Source: Cyanobacteria bacterium P01_D01_bin.156 (GTDB taxonomy: Bacteria; Cyanobacteriota; Cyanobacteriia; Phormidesmidales; Phormidesmidaceae). Taken from it: a stretch of 64,000 nucleotides of DNA. This document shows positions 52,105 to 62,441 of the stretch, in pieces. Below the pieces are notes generated by a model. The model was not told the DNA's origin, ran no database searches, and saw only the letters and a program-made list of their open reading frames with translations. The translations under genes were made by a program, and so were the position numbers. The stretch covers positions 1-64,000 of the forward strand of contig JBCCQQ010000006.1 of the NCBI GenBank assembly GCA_039024555.1. Direction: 5' to 3'. Each line of letters begins with the position of its first letter. Positions within the stretch are counted from its first letter, which is position 1.

Positions 52105-53820
52105 CTAGTAGTGGTTGCCTGTTTTTCGATGGTGAACAGCCGTTTTTGAGTTGCTGTCAAGCACCTGGCCGCTGTCGATGGTGGCGTAGATCACCCAGTG
52201 ATCACCGCAGTCCATACGATTTTTAACGGTGCATTCTAAGTACGCGATCGCATCCTTCAGAATATAGGCCCCATTATCTGCAACATCTACATCTACACCT
52301 TCGAACCGATTTTCCCCTGGGTTAAATGGTTTCAGAAACTGCTTCATGGGACCGAGCTGCTTGCCTTCTCCAAGAATGTTGAGGACAAACCCATTATTGG
52401 GATAGACCAGGGTTTCAATGGCTCGTTCCTTAGCCACGGAAACGGTAAAACCGGGAGGGCTAAAGGTGGCCTGGGCAACCCATGACGCTAGCATGGCGCT
52501 GGCCACTTCACCTTGCTTGGCGGTGACAACACATAGGGAGCCCACCAGGCGACCCACAGCCTTCTCCACATCACTAGCTGGTGTGCGAGGAGCTTTGGCT
52601 CGTCTAGCTTTTTTGAGCGCTTGGGCAAAGTCGGTACCCGCTTCTTCGCAGTACTTGAGGGTGACATCGTCGGGTTTGAATTTAACTCGAATTGGGTCAA
52701 ACCCGAAGCTGTAGCCACCATCTCTGAGCTTGTTTTCAAGTAGATCAATGGCTTCTCCACTCCAGCCATAGGAGCCAAACACGCCAGCGAGTTTATTCTT
52801 GGAGGCAGTTGACAGTAACAGCCCCAGGGCGGTTTGGATTTGGGTGGGGGCATGGCCGCCGAGGGTGGGGGAACCGATAATAAAACCAGCACAGGTTTCA
52901 GCAGCGGTTTTAATATCTTTTTGAGGAGCCTGTTCCGCATTGATGGATTCAACGGCTACACCGGCCTTGGTAATGCCGCGGGCAATGGCCTGGCCGATGG
53001 TGGCTGTATTGCCGTAGGCAGAAGCATAAATCAATGCCACGCTAAGGGTTTGTTGCTTTTGCTGTTCGCACCACTGCTTATACTGCAGGGTAAGTTCATG
53101 GATGCCATATTTCACTAACGGTCCATGGCCAGCACCATAGAGATGGGCTGGAAAATCACTGAGCTTTTCAAGCACCGTGGCCACCTGTTTGGCATTGGGG
53201 GCCATTACGGTTTCGAAATAGTAACGACGGTCTGCTAGCAGGTCTTCCCACTTGAGATCGTAGGCTTCTTCACTACAGATGTGGGTGCAGAAGAATTTAT
53301 CTGTGTAGAGAATGCTGTCGCAGGGGTCATAGGTGCTCAAACCGTCGGGCCAGCGAGGGGTGGGGATGGGCATAAACTGCAGGTGGTGGCCCTGACCTAG
53401 GTCGAGGGTCGTGTCGCTGTTTTTAATAATGAATAGGGGCTTTTGCAGGGGGAGTTTAGCTGATTGGATTGCGATCGCACCTGGATTAGAGCATACAATC
53501 GTCACCTGGGGAGCTTCGTTAATCAGGTGCTGTAGGGTTTCTAGACGGTTTGGATTACTGTGGCCCAGAATAATATAGTCCAGCTGGTCTAGAGCAATCC
53601 GTGACTTTAACTCCTCTAGAAAGATGGTTGTAAATGACCCTCCAGGCGGGTCGATAAGAGCTATCTTGTCAGCCTGAATTAAGTAAGAGTTGGCCGTGGT
53701 TCCTTTCTCTAAGGCATACTCGACTTCAAAGCGTAGGCGATTCCAACTGCGGGAGCGTAGGGCCAGCGTGTCGGTAGCAATGGATAATACTTGAACATCC
53801 CTTTGTTTTGTCTGATCCAT
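52105..53820 (-). CDS. flv1: Class C flavodiiron protein, Flv1 type
   Basis: Metallo-beta-lactamase, flavodoxin (YASAYGNT) and flavin reductase domains. It has HSNPNR instead of the canonical HTEPDH, typical of the Flv1/Flv2 clade. Confidence 0.85.
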   Translation of the reverse strand: MDQTKQRDVQVLSIATDTLALRSRSWNRLRFEVEYALEKGTTANSYLIQADKIALIDPPGGSFTTIFLEELKSRIALDQLDYIILGHSNPNRLETLQHLINEAPQVTIVCSNPGAIAIQSAKLPLQKPLFIIKNSDTTLDLGQGHHLQFMPIPTPRWPDGLSTYDPCDSILYTDKFFCTHICSEEAYDLKWEDLLADRRYYFETVMAPNAKQVATVLEKLSDFPAHLYGAGHGPLVKYGIHELTLQYKQWCEQQKQQTLSVALIYASAYGNTATIGQAIARGITKAGVAVESINAEQAPQKDIKTAAETCAGFIIGSPTLGGHAPTQIQTALGLLLSTASKNKLAGVFGSYGWSGEAIDLLENKLRDGGYSFGFDPIRVKFKPDDVTLKYCEEAGTDFAQALKKARRAKAPRTPASDVEKAVGRLVGSLCVVTAKQGEVASAMLASWVAQATFSPPGFTVSVAKERAIETLVYPNNGFVLNILGEGKQLGPMKQFLKPFNPGENRFEGVDVDVADNGAYILKDAIAYLECTVKNRMDCGDHWVIYATIDSGQVLDSNSKTAVHHRKTGNHY

Positions 53821-53977
53821 GGTGTGCCTCACTATCCGTCCGTCTCGTGTGCAGGCCGCAACGGCTCTTAATTTATCTTAACGGTATCTGTAGGGACTCA
53901 CGATTGGTTCCTTTAATGGCAGATGGTTATACCGTAGACAATTATTATCAATCCTGCTGTACACCAAAGACGCTGGC

Positions 53978-54895
53978 ATGAACCGAACAACTGCGGCTAA
54001 TCGTCCTGATTTAGGGCACCAGCGTCTTTGGTATTGGCGTGGTTGGCGAGTGCGCTACACCTATTGGATGCCCGATGATCCAGCGGCCCAGCAAAACCCT
54101 CCGATGCTGTTGATTCATGGGTTTGGGGCGAGTTTAGAACAATGGCGTTCCAACCTAGGCACTTGGGGGCAAAAACGCCCTGTATATGCGCTAGACCTGC
54201 TGGGCTTTGGTCATTCTCAGAAGGCGGCTGTGCTGCTGGGGGCCGATGTGTGGCAAACCCAAGTTTATGACTTTTGGCAAGCGTGTATTGGCCAGCCGGT
54301 GGTTTTAGTGGGCCATTCCCTGGGGGCGTTGGTGGCGCTGACCGCCAATGCTAAACACCCATCTATGGTTAAACAGCTGATTTTATTGACACTGCCCTTA
54401 GCTCGGGAGGAATTGGTGTCAGGGTGGTTAGACCAGCTATCTAGACGGGTGGAACGTTTATTTGCCACCCCCATTTTGTTACGTCCCCTATTTGCATTGG
54501 TGCGTCAGCCCGGCTTTATTCGAAAGGCCTTGACCAACATTTATCAGAACCCTGAGCGGGTCGATCACAAGCTGGTGGATCTGTTTGTCCGGCCAACCCT
54601 AGAACGCGGAGCTGCCCGCACCCTCTGCTATTTGGTCAAGTCTCGTACCCGTTCAGATTTTAGTGAGGTGACAGCCGATTTGCTACGTCAGGTATCGACC
54701 CCAATTCTGTTGCTGTGGGGCAGTCGCGATCGCATACTACCCTTGGCCTGGGCGCGTCAGATTTTGGCCCTTAATCCGCAAATTGCTTACCAAGAAATTG
54801 ATGGAGCTGGCCACTGTCTTTATGATGAAGTGCCCACAGTTTTGGATGAGGTGATTCAAGCATGGCTTGGTGAAACTGATGCGCCCACTGGCTGA
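53978..54895 (+). CDS. Alpha/beta hydrolase
   Basis: HGFGAS, DLLGFG, GHSLG and AGHC motifs. Confidence 0.9.
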   Translation: MNRTTAANRPDLGHQRLWYWRGWRVRYTYWMPDDPAAQQNPPMLLIHGFGASLEQWRSNLGTWGQKRPVYALDLLGFGHSQKAAVLLGADVWQTQVYDFWQACIGQPVVLVGHSLGALVALTANAKHPSMVKQLILLTLPLAREELVSGWLDQLSRRVERLFATPILLRPLFALVRQPGFIRKALTNIYQNPERVDHKLVDLFVRPTLERGAARTLCYLVKSRTRSDFSEVTADLLRQVSTPILLLWGSRDRILPLAWARQILALNPQIAYQEIDGAGHCLYDEVPTVLDEVIQAWLGETDAPTG

Positions 54896-54899
54896 GATA

Positions 54900-55967
54900 T
54901 CACAGGGGAAAGACCGGCCCGGTTCTAGAGCTATTCTTTTGGTGCCGGCGTTGGCGCAGACGGCGGATGGCAGCAGCCCGCCGCTGAATCGGTGACTGAT
55001 TTGCCTCTAGGTCCATATCGGTGGTTCCTTCCGGCTGTGATGGAGTGTCTGCCTTGGGGACCCGGTTTAAACAGCGTTCCAGGTTACTGTAATGGGCATC
55101 AAGCTGGAGAGCTCGCTGCACTTCATCGATGCGTCTAAACCGTTCCGATAGATCGGTGGTCACCATTCTTTCCAGCAGACGTTCAAATGGTCTGCTGACA
55201 TTAACAGAGCGTTGCCAGTTAAGTTCTTGGGTATCTGGATCAATATCGAATTCTACTGGGGATTTGCCACTGAGCAAATACAGGCAAGTAACGCCGAGGG
55301 CGTAGATATCGCTGCTGTAAGTGGGACGTAAGGCTAGCTGCTCTGGGGGTGCAAAGCCCATGGTGCCAACAAAGTGGGTAGTGGGGCTAGCGGCATGATC
55401 CCCTGGATCGTCATCGTGGTGCAGGCATTCCCGTACGGCCCCAAAATCTAGGAGAACTAAACGCTGGTCGTCCCGACAGCGAATAATATTGGGGGGTTTA
55501 ATGTCTCGGTGGATAACGCGATTTCTATGAATATATCGGACCGCTGGCAGAATCTCGGCTAAAAACCGCTTGACGACGGCTTCCTTCTGCGCGCCCCCTT
55601 TACGTACTTCGCGACTCAGGGTATCTCCATGGATATATTCTTGAACTAAAAAGAACTCCCCTTTAAATGTGAAGTAGTCCAGCAGCATCGGTAGCTGGGA
55701 GTGGCTGCCCAGACGTCCTAGTATTCTTGCTTCACGACGAAAACGCTGCTTTGCCCGCTCTAGGGCGATAGGGTGGCTTACCTTTGGAAACAGCTGCTTG
55801 ATGACGCATAGAGGAGACCCCGGTAGCATGCGATCGCGAGCTAGATGCGTTACTCCAAACCCGCCTCGACCTAAAATACGTACTACTTCATAGCGATCGC
55901 GAAATAGCTGACCAGAGTCACACAACCGTTTATTAAGGCGAGGATCTTGGGAATTCAATTCGGGCAT
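54900..55967 (-). CDS. Serine/threonine protein kinase (Hanks type)
   Basis: LGRGGFG, CVIKQ, HRDIKPPN, DFG and APPE motifs. Start placed at ATG 55967. Confidence 0.92.
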   Translation of the reverse strand: MPELNSQDPRLNKRLCDSGQLFRDRYEVVRILGRGGFGVTHLARDRMLPGSPLCVIKQLFPKVSHPIALERAKQRFRREARILGRLGSHSQLPMLLDYFTFKGEFFLVQEYIHGDTLSREVRKGGAQKEAVVKRFLAEILPAVRYIHRNRVIHRDIKPPNIIRCRDDQRLVLLDFGAVRECLHHDDDPGDHAASPTTHFVGTMGFAPPEQLALRPTYSSDIYALGVTCLYLLSGKSPVEFDIDPDTQELNWQRSVNVSRPFERLLERMVTTDLSERFRRIDEVQRALQLDAHYSNLERCLNRVPKADTPSQPEGTTDMDLEANQSPIQRRAAAIRRLRQRRHQKNSSRTGPVFPL

Positions 55968-56180
55968 GGACGATATTGCGCAAACAGCAAATCGCTGCAA
56001 ACTAAGGCAGACTCAGGAACAGTCTTGGAAAGACCTACATAGATACTGGAAATCCAGTGGGAACAGGGAATCCCAATTAGTCGAATGTCCGCTAGAACGG
56101 CCATCGGTATTAACTATTATGGCCCATAAGCGGATTGCCTGTGGTTTGCCAGGGACCATCTACGCTAAAACTTAGTGGGT

Positions 56181-57278
56181 TTACATAGCTTTTGGTAACC
56201 AAAACTGAAATGTGCTGCCATGGTCAACCTTGCTACTGACCGAGATCTCTCCACCCTGTAACTCAACTAAGCGTTTACAGATGGCTAAACCAATACCCGT
56301 CCCACCGGAACGACGGTTGCGGGAGCGGTCGGCGCGCCAAAACCGCTCAAATACGTGGGGTAGGTCATCCGCTGCAATGCCAATGCCCGTATCTGTCACC
56401 GCTAGCCAAACTTGATGCCCCTGCTGCCACCCTTTGACCATAATCTGTCCCGTATCCGTATATTGAAGAGCATTCCCCAACAAATTAACTAAAATTTGTT
56501 CCGTCCGGGTGGGGTCTGCACAGGCTGCGGGCATATTTGCGGGCATATCAACAATCAGCTGTGGTGCATCTGTGGGCAGCTGCTGGTCACGAAAGTTCTG
56601 GACTACCCGTTTCACCAGCGGTTCTAGCTCTACTACTTGCTGTTGAATAGGCAAATAGCCAGCCTCTAGCTTAGAGAGTTCCTGTAGATTCTCGATCAGC
56701 TGCTGCAGGCGCTGGGTTTCTCGAATCAATCTGGCATAGGTATCGGGTGTAGCGGGCAGGTGTTGATCGCTGAGGGCTTCTAGATATCCCCGGATGATGG
56801 TTAACGGCGTACGTAGTTCGTGGGAAAGATCGCTAACGAGTTCCCGCCGTTGCTGTTCCACCTGTTCTAATTCGCTAGCCATGTGGTTAAAACTGTGGCC
56901 GAGCTGATGTAGCTCTGGAATGTCAGAGGGGGGGACGCGGACTCCCCAATCTCCAGCGGCAAACTGTTGGGTAATGTCTTCCATCCGCGTCAGAGGGCGA
57001 ATAATGCGCCGTGATAACAGATAGCTGATGGCCCCAGCTGCACCCCCACCCAACAGGACAGACCACACCATGCCTCGGGTCCAAGCATCTGCGAAACTTT
57101 CTAAAATTTGTCCGCGCATTTGTTGGATGCGGATGCCTCGTCCTTCTAGACGTTCTAGGGTGACGACAAAATAGCGAGGCGTAGACAGACGGCTAACTCC
57201 GGCCAGGGCAATGATGGCTACTGCCATAACAACCAGGTGGGAGATAAATAAGCGGGTCCTGAGGGGGACTTTGGGCAT
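56181..57278 (-). CDS. HAMP sensor histidine kinase (BaeS-like)
   Basis: SHELRTPL, NLLGNA, DTGIGI and GGTGIGL motifs. ATG 57278 preferred; 57392 possible. Confidence 0.92.
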   Translation of the reverse strand: MPKVPLRTRLFISHLVVMAVAIIALAGVSRLSTPRYFVVTLERLEGRGIRIQQMRGQILESFADAWTRGMVWSVLLGGGAAGAISYLLSRRIIRPLTRMEDITQQFAAGDWGVRVPPSDIPELHQLGHSFNHMASELEQVEQQRRELVSDLSHELRTPLTIIRGYLEALSDQHLPATPDTYARLIRETQRLQQLIENLQELSKLEAGYLPIQQQVVELEPLVKRVVQNFRDQQLPTDAPQLIVDMPANMPAACADPTRTEQILVNLLGNALQYTDTGQIMVKGWQQGHQVWLAVTDTGIGIAADDLPHVFERFWRADRSRNRRSGGTGIGLAICKRLVELQGGEISVSSKVDHGSTFQFWLPKAM

Positions 57279-57331
57279 GGGTGATTGATATTTATGAGGT
57301 GTAGAAGAAAGCCAGACTGAGTCGGAGGTCA

Positions 57332-57352
57332 GAATTCGGAATTCGGAATTCG
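57332..57352. repeat. Heptamer tandem repeat (GAATTCG)x3, STRR-like
   Basis: GAATTCGGAATTCGGAATTCG between the response regulator and kinase genes. Confidence 0.65.
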
Positions 57353-57425
57353 GAAAGGAAAGCAGAGGCAGAATTTTCTCCTTGTTTGGCATTTTGCTCT
57401 CTTGGGTTGATACCTTTGTAGAAAG

Positions 57426-58145
57426 CTAAGTGCTGGTGGGGGTATCTTCAAATCGGTAGCCTACACCGACTACGGTTTTGATAAATGTGGGCTGGGTGGG
57501 ATTTGGTTCAATCTTTTTCCGCAGACGGGCAATGTGGGTATCCACTACCCGCTCATCACCAAAAAAATTATCTCCCCAGAGCTTTTCGATCAGTTGGGGC
57601 CGATTCCAAACGCGGCCAGGGGCACTTAAAAAGGTAGCTAATAGGTCAAATTCTAGGGGGGTTAGGTCCAGAAGACCGACATGCTTGGCCTTAGCCTCGG
57701 GGGACAGATGAACTGTACGTTGGTCCAGATCCAAGGCAAAATGGGCTGTTTGATAGGTGGTATTGGGGGATGTGCCCCGGAGGCTGCGTCGCAACAAAGC
57801 CCGCACACGGGCTACCAACTCCCGAGGACTAAAGGGTTTGACCATGTAGTCATCGGCTCCGGTGGACAATCCAATAATGCGATCCAGTTCTTCTCCTTTG
57901 GATGTCAGCATCAATATATAGGGATCTTTGATGCTGGCTGCTTGGCGAATGCGCGTACACACCTCTAAGCCATCAAGCTCGGGGAGCATCAAGTCCAGGA
58001 TAATCAGATCGGGCTGAAACTGATGGAATCGGGCTAACGCTTCAGTGCCGGTTGCACAAATTTCAGTCGTAAAGTTCTCATTGGTTAAATAAAGCTGAAT
58101 TAGTTCAGCAATGTCAGCTTCGTCTTCGACGATTAGGACGTTCAT
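57426..58145 (-). CDS. OmpR-family response regulator
   Basis: IVEDE, LDLMLP, GADDYMVKPF and TVVGVGYRF motifs. Confidence 0.95.
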   Translation of the reverse strand: MNVLIVEDEADIAELIQLYLTNENFTTEICATGTEALARFHQFQPDLIILDLMLPELDGLEVCTRIRQAASIKDPYILMLTSKGEELDRIIGLSTGADDYMVKPFSPRELVARVRALLRRSLRGTSPNTTYQTAHFALDLDQRTVHLSPEAKAKHVGLLDLTPLEFDLLATFLSAPGRVWNRPQLIEKLWGDNFFGDERVVDTHIARLRKKIEPNPTQPTFIKTVVGVGYRFEDTPTST

Positions 58146-58389
58146 GGGCGTTGAGATTTGTTCCGAATCTTATGGAGATTATGCCAAGCCAAATTGAACA
58201 AAGGATAAAGGGCTTGCGAAAACGTAAACAATAGGCCACTATTCAAGAGCCTTATTATCTGCCTAAAGCTTGAACAGCCAAACGGAGTTGTAAAAGCTAG
58301 ATTAAAGGGCCGCGCGATGACCCGGCAATAAACACTGGCGTTGTGCGCGGGGCAATGGCCCAAGTGGTTAACGTGTGGAGGCGTAGCAT

Positions 58390-60378
58390 ATGAGTCTAGC
58401 GTCGGCATTTACCCTCAGTCGTCTATCAGCTGACCTGACCCATGATTTAAGTCACTTACCGGAGATGCCTGGAGATTTGGCGGTCCAGTGTGCGGTGAGT
58501 CGGGGCAAGGTCATGGTGCTGTTGGAAAGTGCCCAGGCCTGCCCTGCTGCTCAGGTGTTTTCTCTGGTAGAGACCTTGATCCGCCGTCGTTTAGCCATGG
58601 ATGGGCTGCCGGTGGAAGCGGAACCGCTAGGAGCCACGGGTAATTCCGTTCCCATTAAGCTTTTTCTCAAGCAGAAAACCCTATCGAAGCCCAGCGCCGC
58701 CCACCATTTTGACTGGCTGGCATCCGAGGAAACGCCACTGGAGATCGAGGAGCTGACCGAACAGGCATTGGAGCCCTTATTAAATCTGCAGCCGGACGTC
58801 GCTCCTGACAGTTTGGTGGACCACGGCGATGATAGCGACGATGTTACCCTGGAGCTCTCAACGGGAGAGTTGCCCATTGGTCAAGAGCGGTTGTTTGGTG
58901 AAGATTTAGAGTCTGAAGAAGAGTTTTCATTGGATCAGGCTCCTGCAGTTGATGAATTACTGGATTTAGACGGTCTCTATGATTCCTCTGCGGAGGATGA
59001 GATGGGTGAGCCAGTGGTCTTGGAAGACAGGCAAGGCGGGCAGAATGAGCAATCTGGCAACCGAGGGATTTTAATCGCAGCGGGTATTGGTATCGCGGCT
59101 GTCTTTGGGGCGTTGGGGTATGTTGTCAGTCGCCCCTGTGTTATCGGTGGATGTGATCGCATCCAGCAAGCCCAGGCCCTAGGCGATGCAGCCCTCATTG
59201 CCCTGAGGGATCAGCCCACCCCCCAGACTGTTCTAGACATGGGGGACCAGTTAAACATTGCTGTACAAACCCTAAAACCCATTCCCCCCTGGTCTCGATA
59301 TCGCAACCAGGCCCAGGGCCTATTGGCCAACTACCAAGGCGAAGCTGATCTGCTCAATGCAGTGGCTACAGCCCAACAAAATGCTTTACAGGCGGCTAAT
59401 GAAAGCCAAAACCCTCCCCACCCCATTGCCCACTGGGAAGGAATTGCCGAGCGCTGGCGTGAAACCATTGCTCAGCTAGAGGAAATTCCTGCCGGGAGCC
59501 CTATCCACACCGCATTTGTAGCACCTAAGCTAGTGGAGTATCGCACCAATTTAGCCACCATTGAGGGGCGTGTTTTAGCCGAAAAATCTGCTGAAGAAAA
59601 TCTCAATCAAGCTCAGCTCACGGCTTCCCTAGCAAAGGATCAAGCGGAAATTGCCAATACCCTGCCGGCCTGGGAAACAGCGTTCAATTCCTGGGATAAA
59701 GCCGTTAAACAGCTTAAACTGATTCCCCAAGGCACCTTAGCCTATGGAGAAGCGCGGCAGCTGCGGCCAAAATATGAATCCGACTTAGCAGAGGTACGGA
59801 CAAGGGTGCAACAAGAACAGGCCGCTGACCAGTTTTACAACGAAGCCGTACGCTATGCAGCCACGGCTCGCCAGTATGAATCTGAAGAACAGTGGACCCT
59901 AGCCATGCTGGGGTGGCGCGATGCCATTACCCAGATTAAAGGCGTTCCTGTGGGCACATCGCGCTATGCCGATGGACAAAACCTCCTAAAGACCTATGAA
60001 CCCTCCCTTTCCAAGGCCCAGGAGAACCTGCGGTTAGCCCTACGTTTCCGCAAGGCGGAGGAGAACTTTAGCCGTGTGTGTAATCCAGAATTCTGTGATT
60101 TTGGCCTGAAAAGAGGCACTGTACAGTTGGCCCTAGCCAAAGACTACGACGCCCTGGCAGATTTTTCTATCTCTGACCCAACCACCCGGACGGGGATTAA
60201 TGTGCCAGCATCCGGGCAAATGATTACTGATGTCAATCAGCTGCTACAAGAGGTGATCAACATCGGCAAACGGACCCAGCTGCCCATCGAACTCTACAGT
60301 GCCAATGGAGACTTTATTGCCCGGTTTAGTCCAGAGCTAGAAGGCTACGTTAAGACTGTTGTTGTCGATCCTAACTAA
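58390..60378 (+). CDS. Hypothetical single-TM protein with acidic linker and helical repeats
   Basis: 662-aa ORF; a TM helix followed by RPCVIGGC and repeated W..A...L..IP.G units. Confidence 0.75.
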   Translation: MSLASAFTLSRLSADLTHDLSHLPEMPGDLAVQCAVSRGKVMVLLESAQACPAAQVFSLVETLIRRRLAMDGLPVEAEPLGATGNSVPIKLFLKQKTLSKPSAAHHFDWLASEETPLEIEELTEQALEPLLNLQPDVAPDSLVDHGDDSDDVTLELSTGELPIGQERLFGEDLESEEEFSLDQAPAVDELLDLDGLYDSSAEDEMGEPVVLEDRQGGQNEQSGNRGILIAAGIGIAAVFGALGYVVSRPCVIGGCDRIQQAQALGDAALIALRDQPTPQTVLDMGDQLNIAVQTLKPIPPWSRYRNQAQGLLANYQGEADLLNAVATAQQNALQAANESQNPPHPIAHWEGIAERWRETIAQLEEIPAGSPIHTAFVAPKLVEYRTNLATIEGRVLAEKSAEENLNQAQLTASLAKDQAEIANTLPAWETAFNSWDKAVKQLKLIPQGTLAYGEARQLRPKYESDLAEVRTRVQQEQAADQFYNEAVRYAATARQYESEEQWTLAMLGWRDAITQIKGVPVGTSRYADGQNLLKTYEPSLSKAQENLRLALRFRKAEENFSRVCNPEFCDFGLKRGTVQLALAKDYDALADFSISDPTTRTGINVPASGQMITDVNQLLQEVINIGKRTQLPIELYSANGDFIARFSPELEGYVKTVVVDPN

Positions 60379-60460
60379 TGGGTAGTAATGCTGCTGTTTG
60401 TTAACCTCCAAGCGATCCGTCAAGATGACGTCAATCCATTTTCCTACAACAATCTATCTC

Positions 60461-61066
60461 TCAACAACTTAATCGTTGTCGCAACATCGCCTCTAGTTCC
60501 TGAGACTGACGCTGGAAAAAATCAGCCTCCATGGAAAACATGCAGTAGTGCAACGCCACCCCATCGATGGCACTCACCAGCATACGTGCCAGAGCCTTAG
60601 CATCCACATCAGGATTGATTTTTTCTCCCTGCTGACCGGCAACTAGCTCCGTTATAAAAAACCTGTTGAGCTGCTCCAGGTAATCCTCAAAATACTCTTT
60701 CAACCCCAAAGATTCACTCAGAGCCTTATCCCCTAGCAACTCAAAACAAAGGGTTGTTACGACAGCAAACTCATCCATTCCTTCAAAACTGAGCCGAATG
60801 CCCGCCAAAATTACCTCAATCGGATCTTGCTCTGCCTGCTGCAGTTGTCTTAGCTGGTCATCTACACCCGCAAAAAACAAATTAAAAATTTCCTTCGGCA
60901 ACGATTCCTTGGTTGGAAAGTATTCATAAAGCGTTCCCTTACCCATGCCTGCGGCCACGGCAATATCGGCCACTTTGGCACTGTGGTAACCCTTCTCCAC
61001 AAAGACTGCGATCGCAGCTTCCAAAATCTCTTGCCGCTTAGCCGCCTTGTCTACAATTTTAGGCAT
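60461..61066 (-). CDS. TetR/AcrR family regulator
   Basis: ILEAAIAVF...DIAVAAGMGKGTLYEYFPTKE. Confidence 0.94.
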   Translation of the reverse strand: MPKIVDKAAKRQEILEAAIAVFVEKGYHSAKVADIAVAAGMGKGTLYEYFPTKESLPKEIFNLFFAGVDDQLRQLQQAEQDPIEVILAGIRLSFEGMDEFAVVTTLCFELLGDKALSESLGLKEYFEDYLEQLNRFFITELVAGQQGEKINPDVDAKALARMLVSAIDGVALHYCMFSMEADFFQRQSQELEAMLRQRLSC

Positions 61067-61139
61067 CAGGTGCAGGTGTGGAACTACAGGGCTGTACCTT
61101 ATACCTTAACCCTAGAGGAGGAAATAATAATCACCTTTC

Positions 61140-61168
61140 TTGACATTGACCGACTAGTCGGTCAAAAT
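61140..61168 (+). promoter_or_regulatory. Sigma70-like promoter containing a perfect 20-bp TetR-type operator
   Basis: TTGACA (61140-61145), 17-bp spacer, CAAAAT (61163-61168). The palindrome TTGACCGACTAGTCGGTCAA spans 61146-61165. Confidence 0.8.
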
Positions 61169-61200
61169 AAAAACATCAAGCGCGGCTAGTTCTCCATATT

Positions 61201-61293
61201 GACGTTTCTGATTTAGGGAATGAGTCGATCTCAAAAGGATCGCAGTCGATCTAGGTCTGGTAGATAAAGTCATCCCGCGAGGAGCGGCAGGCC
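61201..61293. repeat. Dispersed element, copy 5 (degenerate)
   Basis: GACGTTTCTGATTTAGGGAATGA ... TCATCCCGCGAGGAGCGGCAGGCC. Confidence 0.6.
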
Positions 61294-61343
61294 CCAATAT
61301 GGATTAGCGGCGAATCGTAATCATCGTGTTTAGGAGTAATTCG

Positions 61344-62321
61344 ATGACTCACCTCAAGCCTCCCTATTTTCAATCAGTCACCTGGACCTTGCCTGCGGTC
61401 CGTGCCGTTTTGTCCGCCATGAAAACAGTGGCCACCCTACAAGATTCTCGCCCCCTGGATGACGTTTCACGGGAAATGTTAGAAGCCACCCGTGACTCCG
61501 TCTTTCAAGCGTCGGTCGTATTGGATGAACTCACTGGCATTTCGCCAAAGGACCTAGCAAGCCAGGTGCAGGAACGGCGACAGCGACAGCAGGCTCTACA
61601 GTTTTTAATTTTGATGCCCTACCTGGATACCCAGGTGGATTTAGCTGAAGTGGCATTGGTCAATGCCTATGCTCAGGCATTTGAACTGGCTCCCCATACG
61701 CTACAGAGCTTGCGCTTGGTGTGCGATCGCAAGTTAAACCAGCTGTTGTTTAACTACACCCGACGTACCCTTAACAACCTTCTGCCAAGTCATGGGTTAT
61801 GGCAAAAGGCCAAAGTTGTATTCAGTTCATTTCGTCAGTACTGGGGAGATAAGCAAGTCGCCCAGCATTACCAAGCCTTAGAGCTGTTGCCAGATAACAC
61901 CTTAGGCAAAAAACTATATCGGTATTATCGCGATCGTAACTTTCCGCTACCGGGTGAAGCCAAAAGCTTTAGCGAGCTGGTGGTGGGCCATGACCTGGTA
62001 CACCTGTTGAGCGATATTGGTACAGATATGGCGGGTGAAATTACCGTAGCCGGATTTGAGGCTGGTATGAGCAACAGTGAGTTTGGATTTGAGCTGTTGC
62101 TTGAAGTCATTCTCGACTTTCACATGGGGCTTAAATTTACCACCATGGGAGTCCTAGAAGCTGGTGTTAACCACCTTAAGCCCAAGGCTCTTATGGCAGC
62201 CTATGCCAGGGGGCTACAAATGTCATTTGATCTGCTAGACCCAGGTTGGGACTTTAAGGCAGCATTGGATCAACCCATTGAGCAACTGCGCCAACAATAC
62301 CGGCTATCACCTCAGTCTTAA
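61344..62321 (+). CDS. Coq4-like metal-binding protein with a possible TerB-like N-terminal domain
   Basis: LPDNTLG...Y and HDLVH-x12-E motifs; RBS AGGAG before ATG 61344. Confidence 0.65.
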   Translation: MTHLKPPYFQSVTWTLPAVRAVLSAMKTVATLQDSRPLDDVSREMLEATRDSVFQASVVLDELTGISPKDLASQVQERRQRQQALQFLILMPYLDTQVDLAEVALVNAYAQAFELAPHTLQSLRLVCDRKLNQLLFNYTRRTLNNLLPSHGLWQKAKVVFSSFRQYWGDKQVAQHYQALELLPDNTLGKKLYRYYRDRNFPLPGEAKSFSELVVGHDLVHLLSDIGTDMAGEITVAGFEAGMSNSEFGFELLLEVILDFHMGLKFTTMGVLEAGVNHLKPKALMAAYARGLQMSFDLLDPGWDFKAALDQPIEQLRQQYRLSPQS

Positions 62322-62441
62322 GGGTTGTTTTAGCTTCCAATAGGGGCTAAAACATTCACAACAAACCGTTTGCCTTGGATACAAAGCTAGGTGAAATACG
62401 CGGCCACATATGGTCGATAGCCCTGTTTTGAGAGGTTCGAC

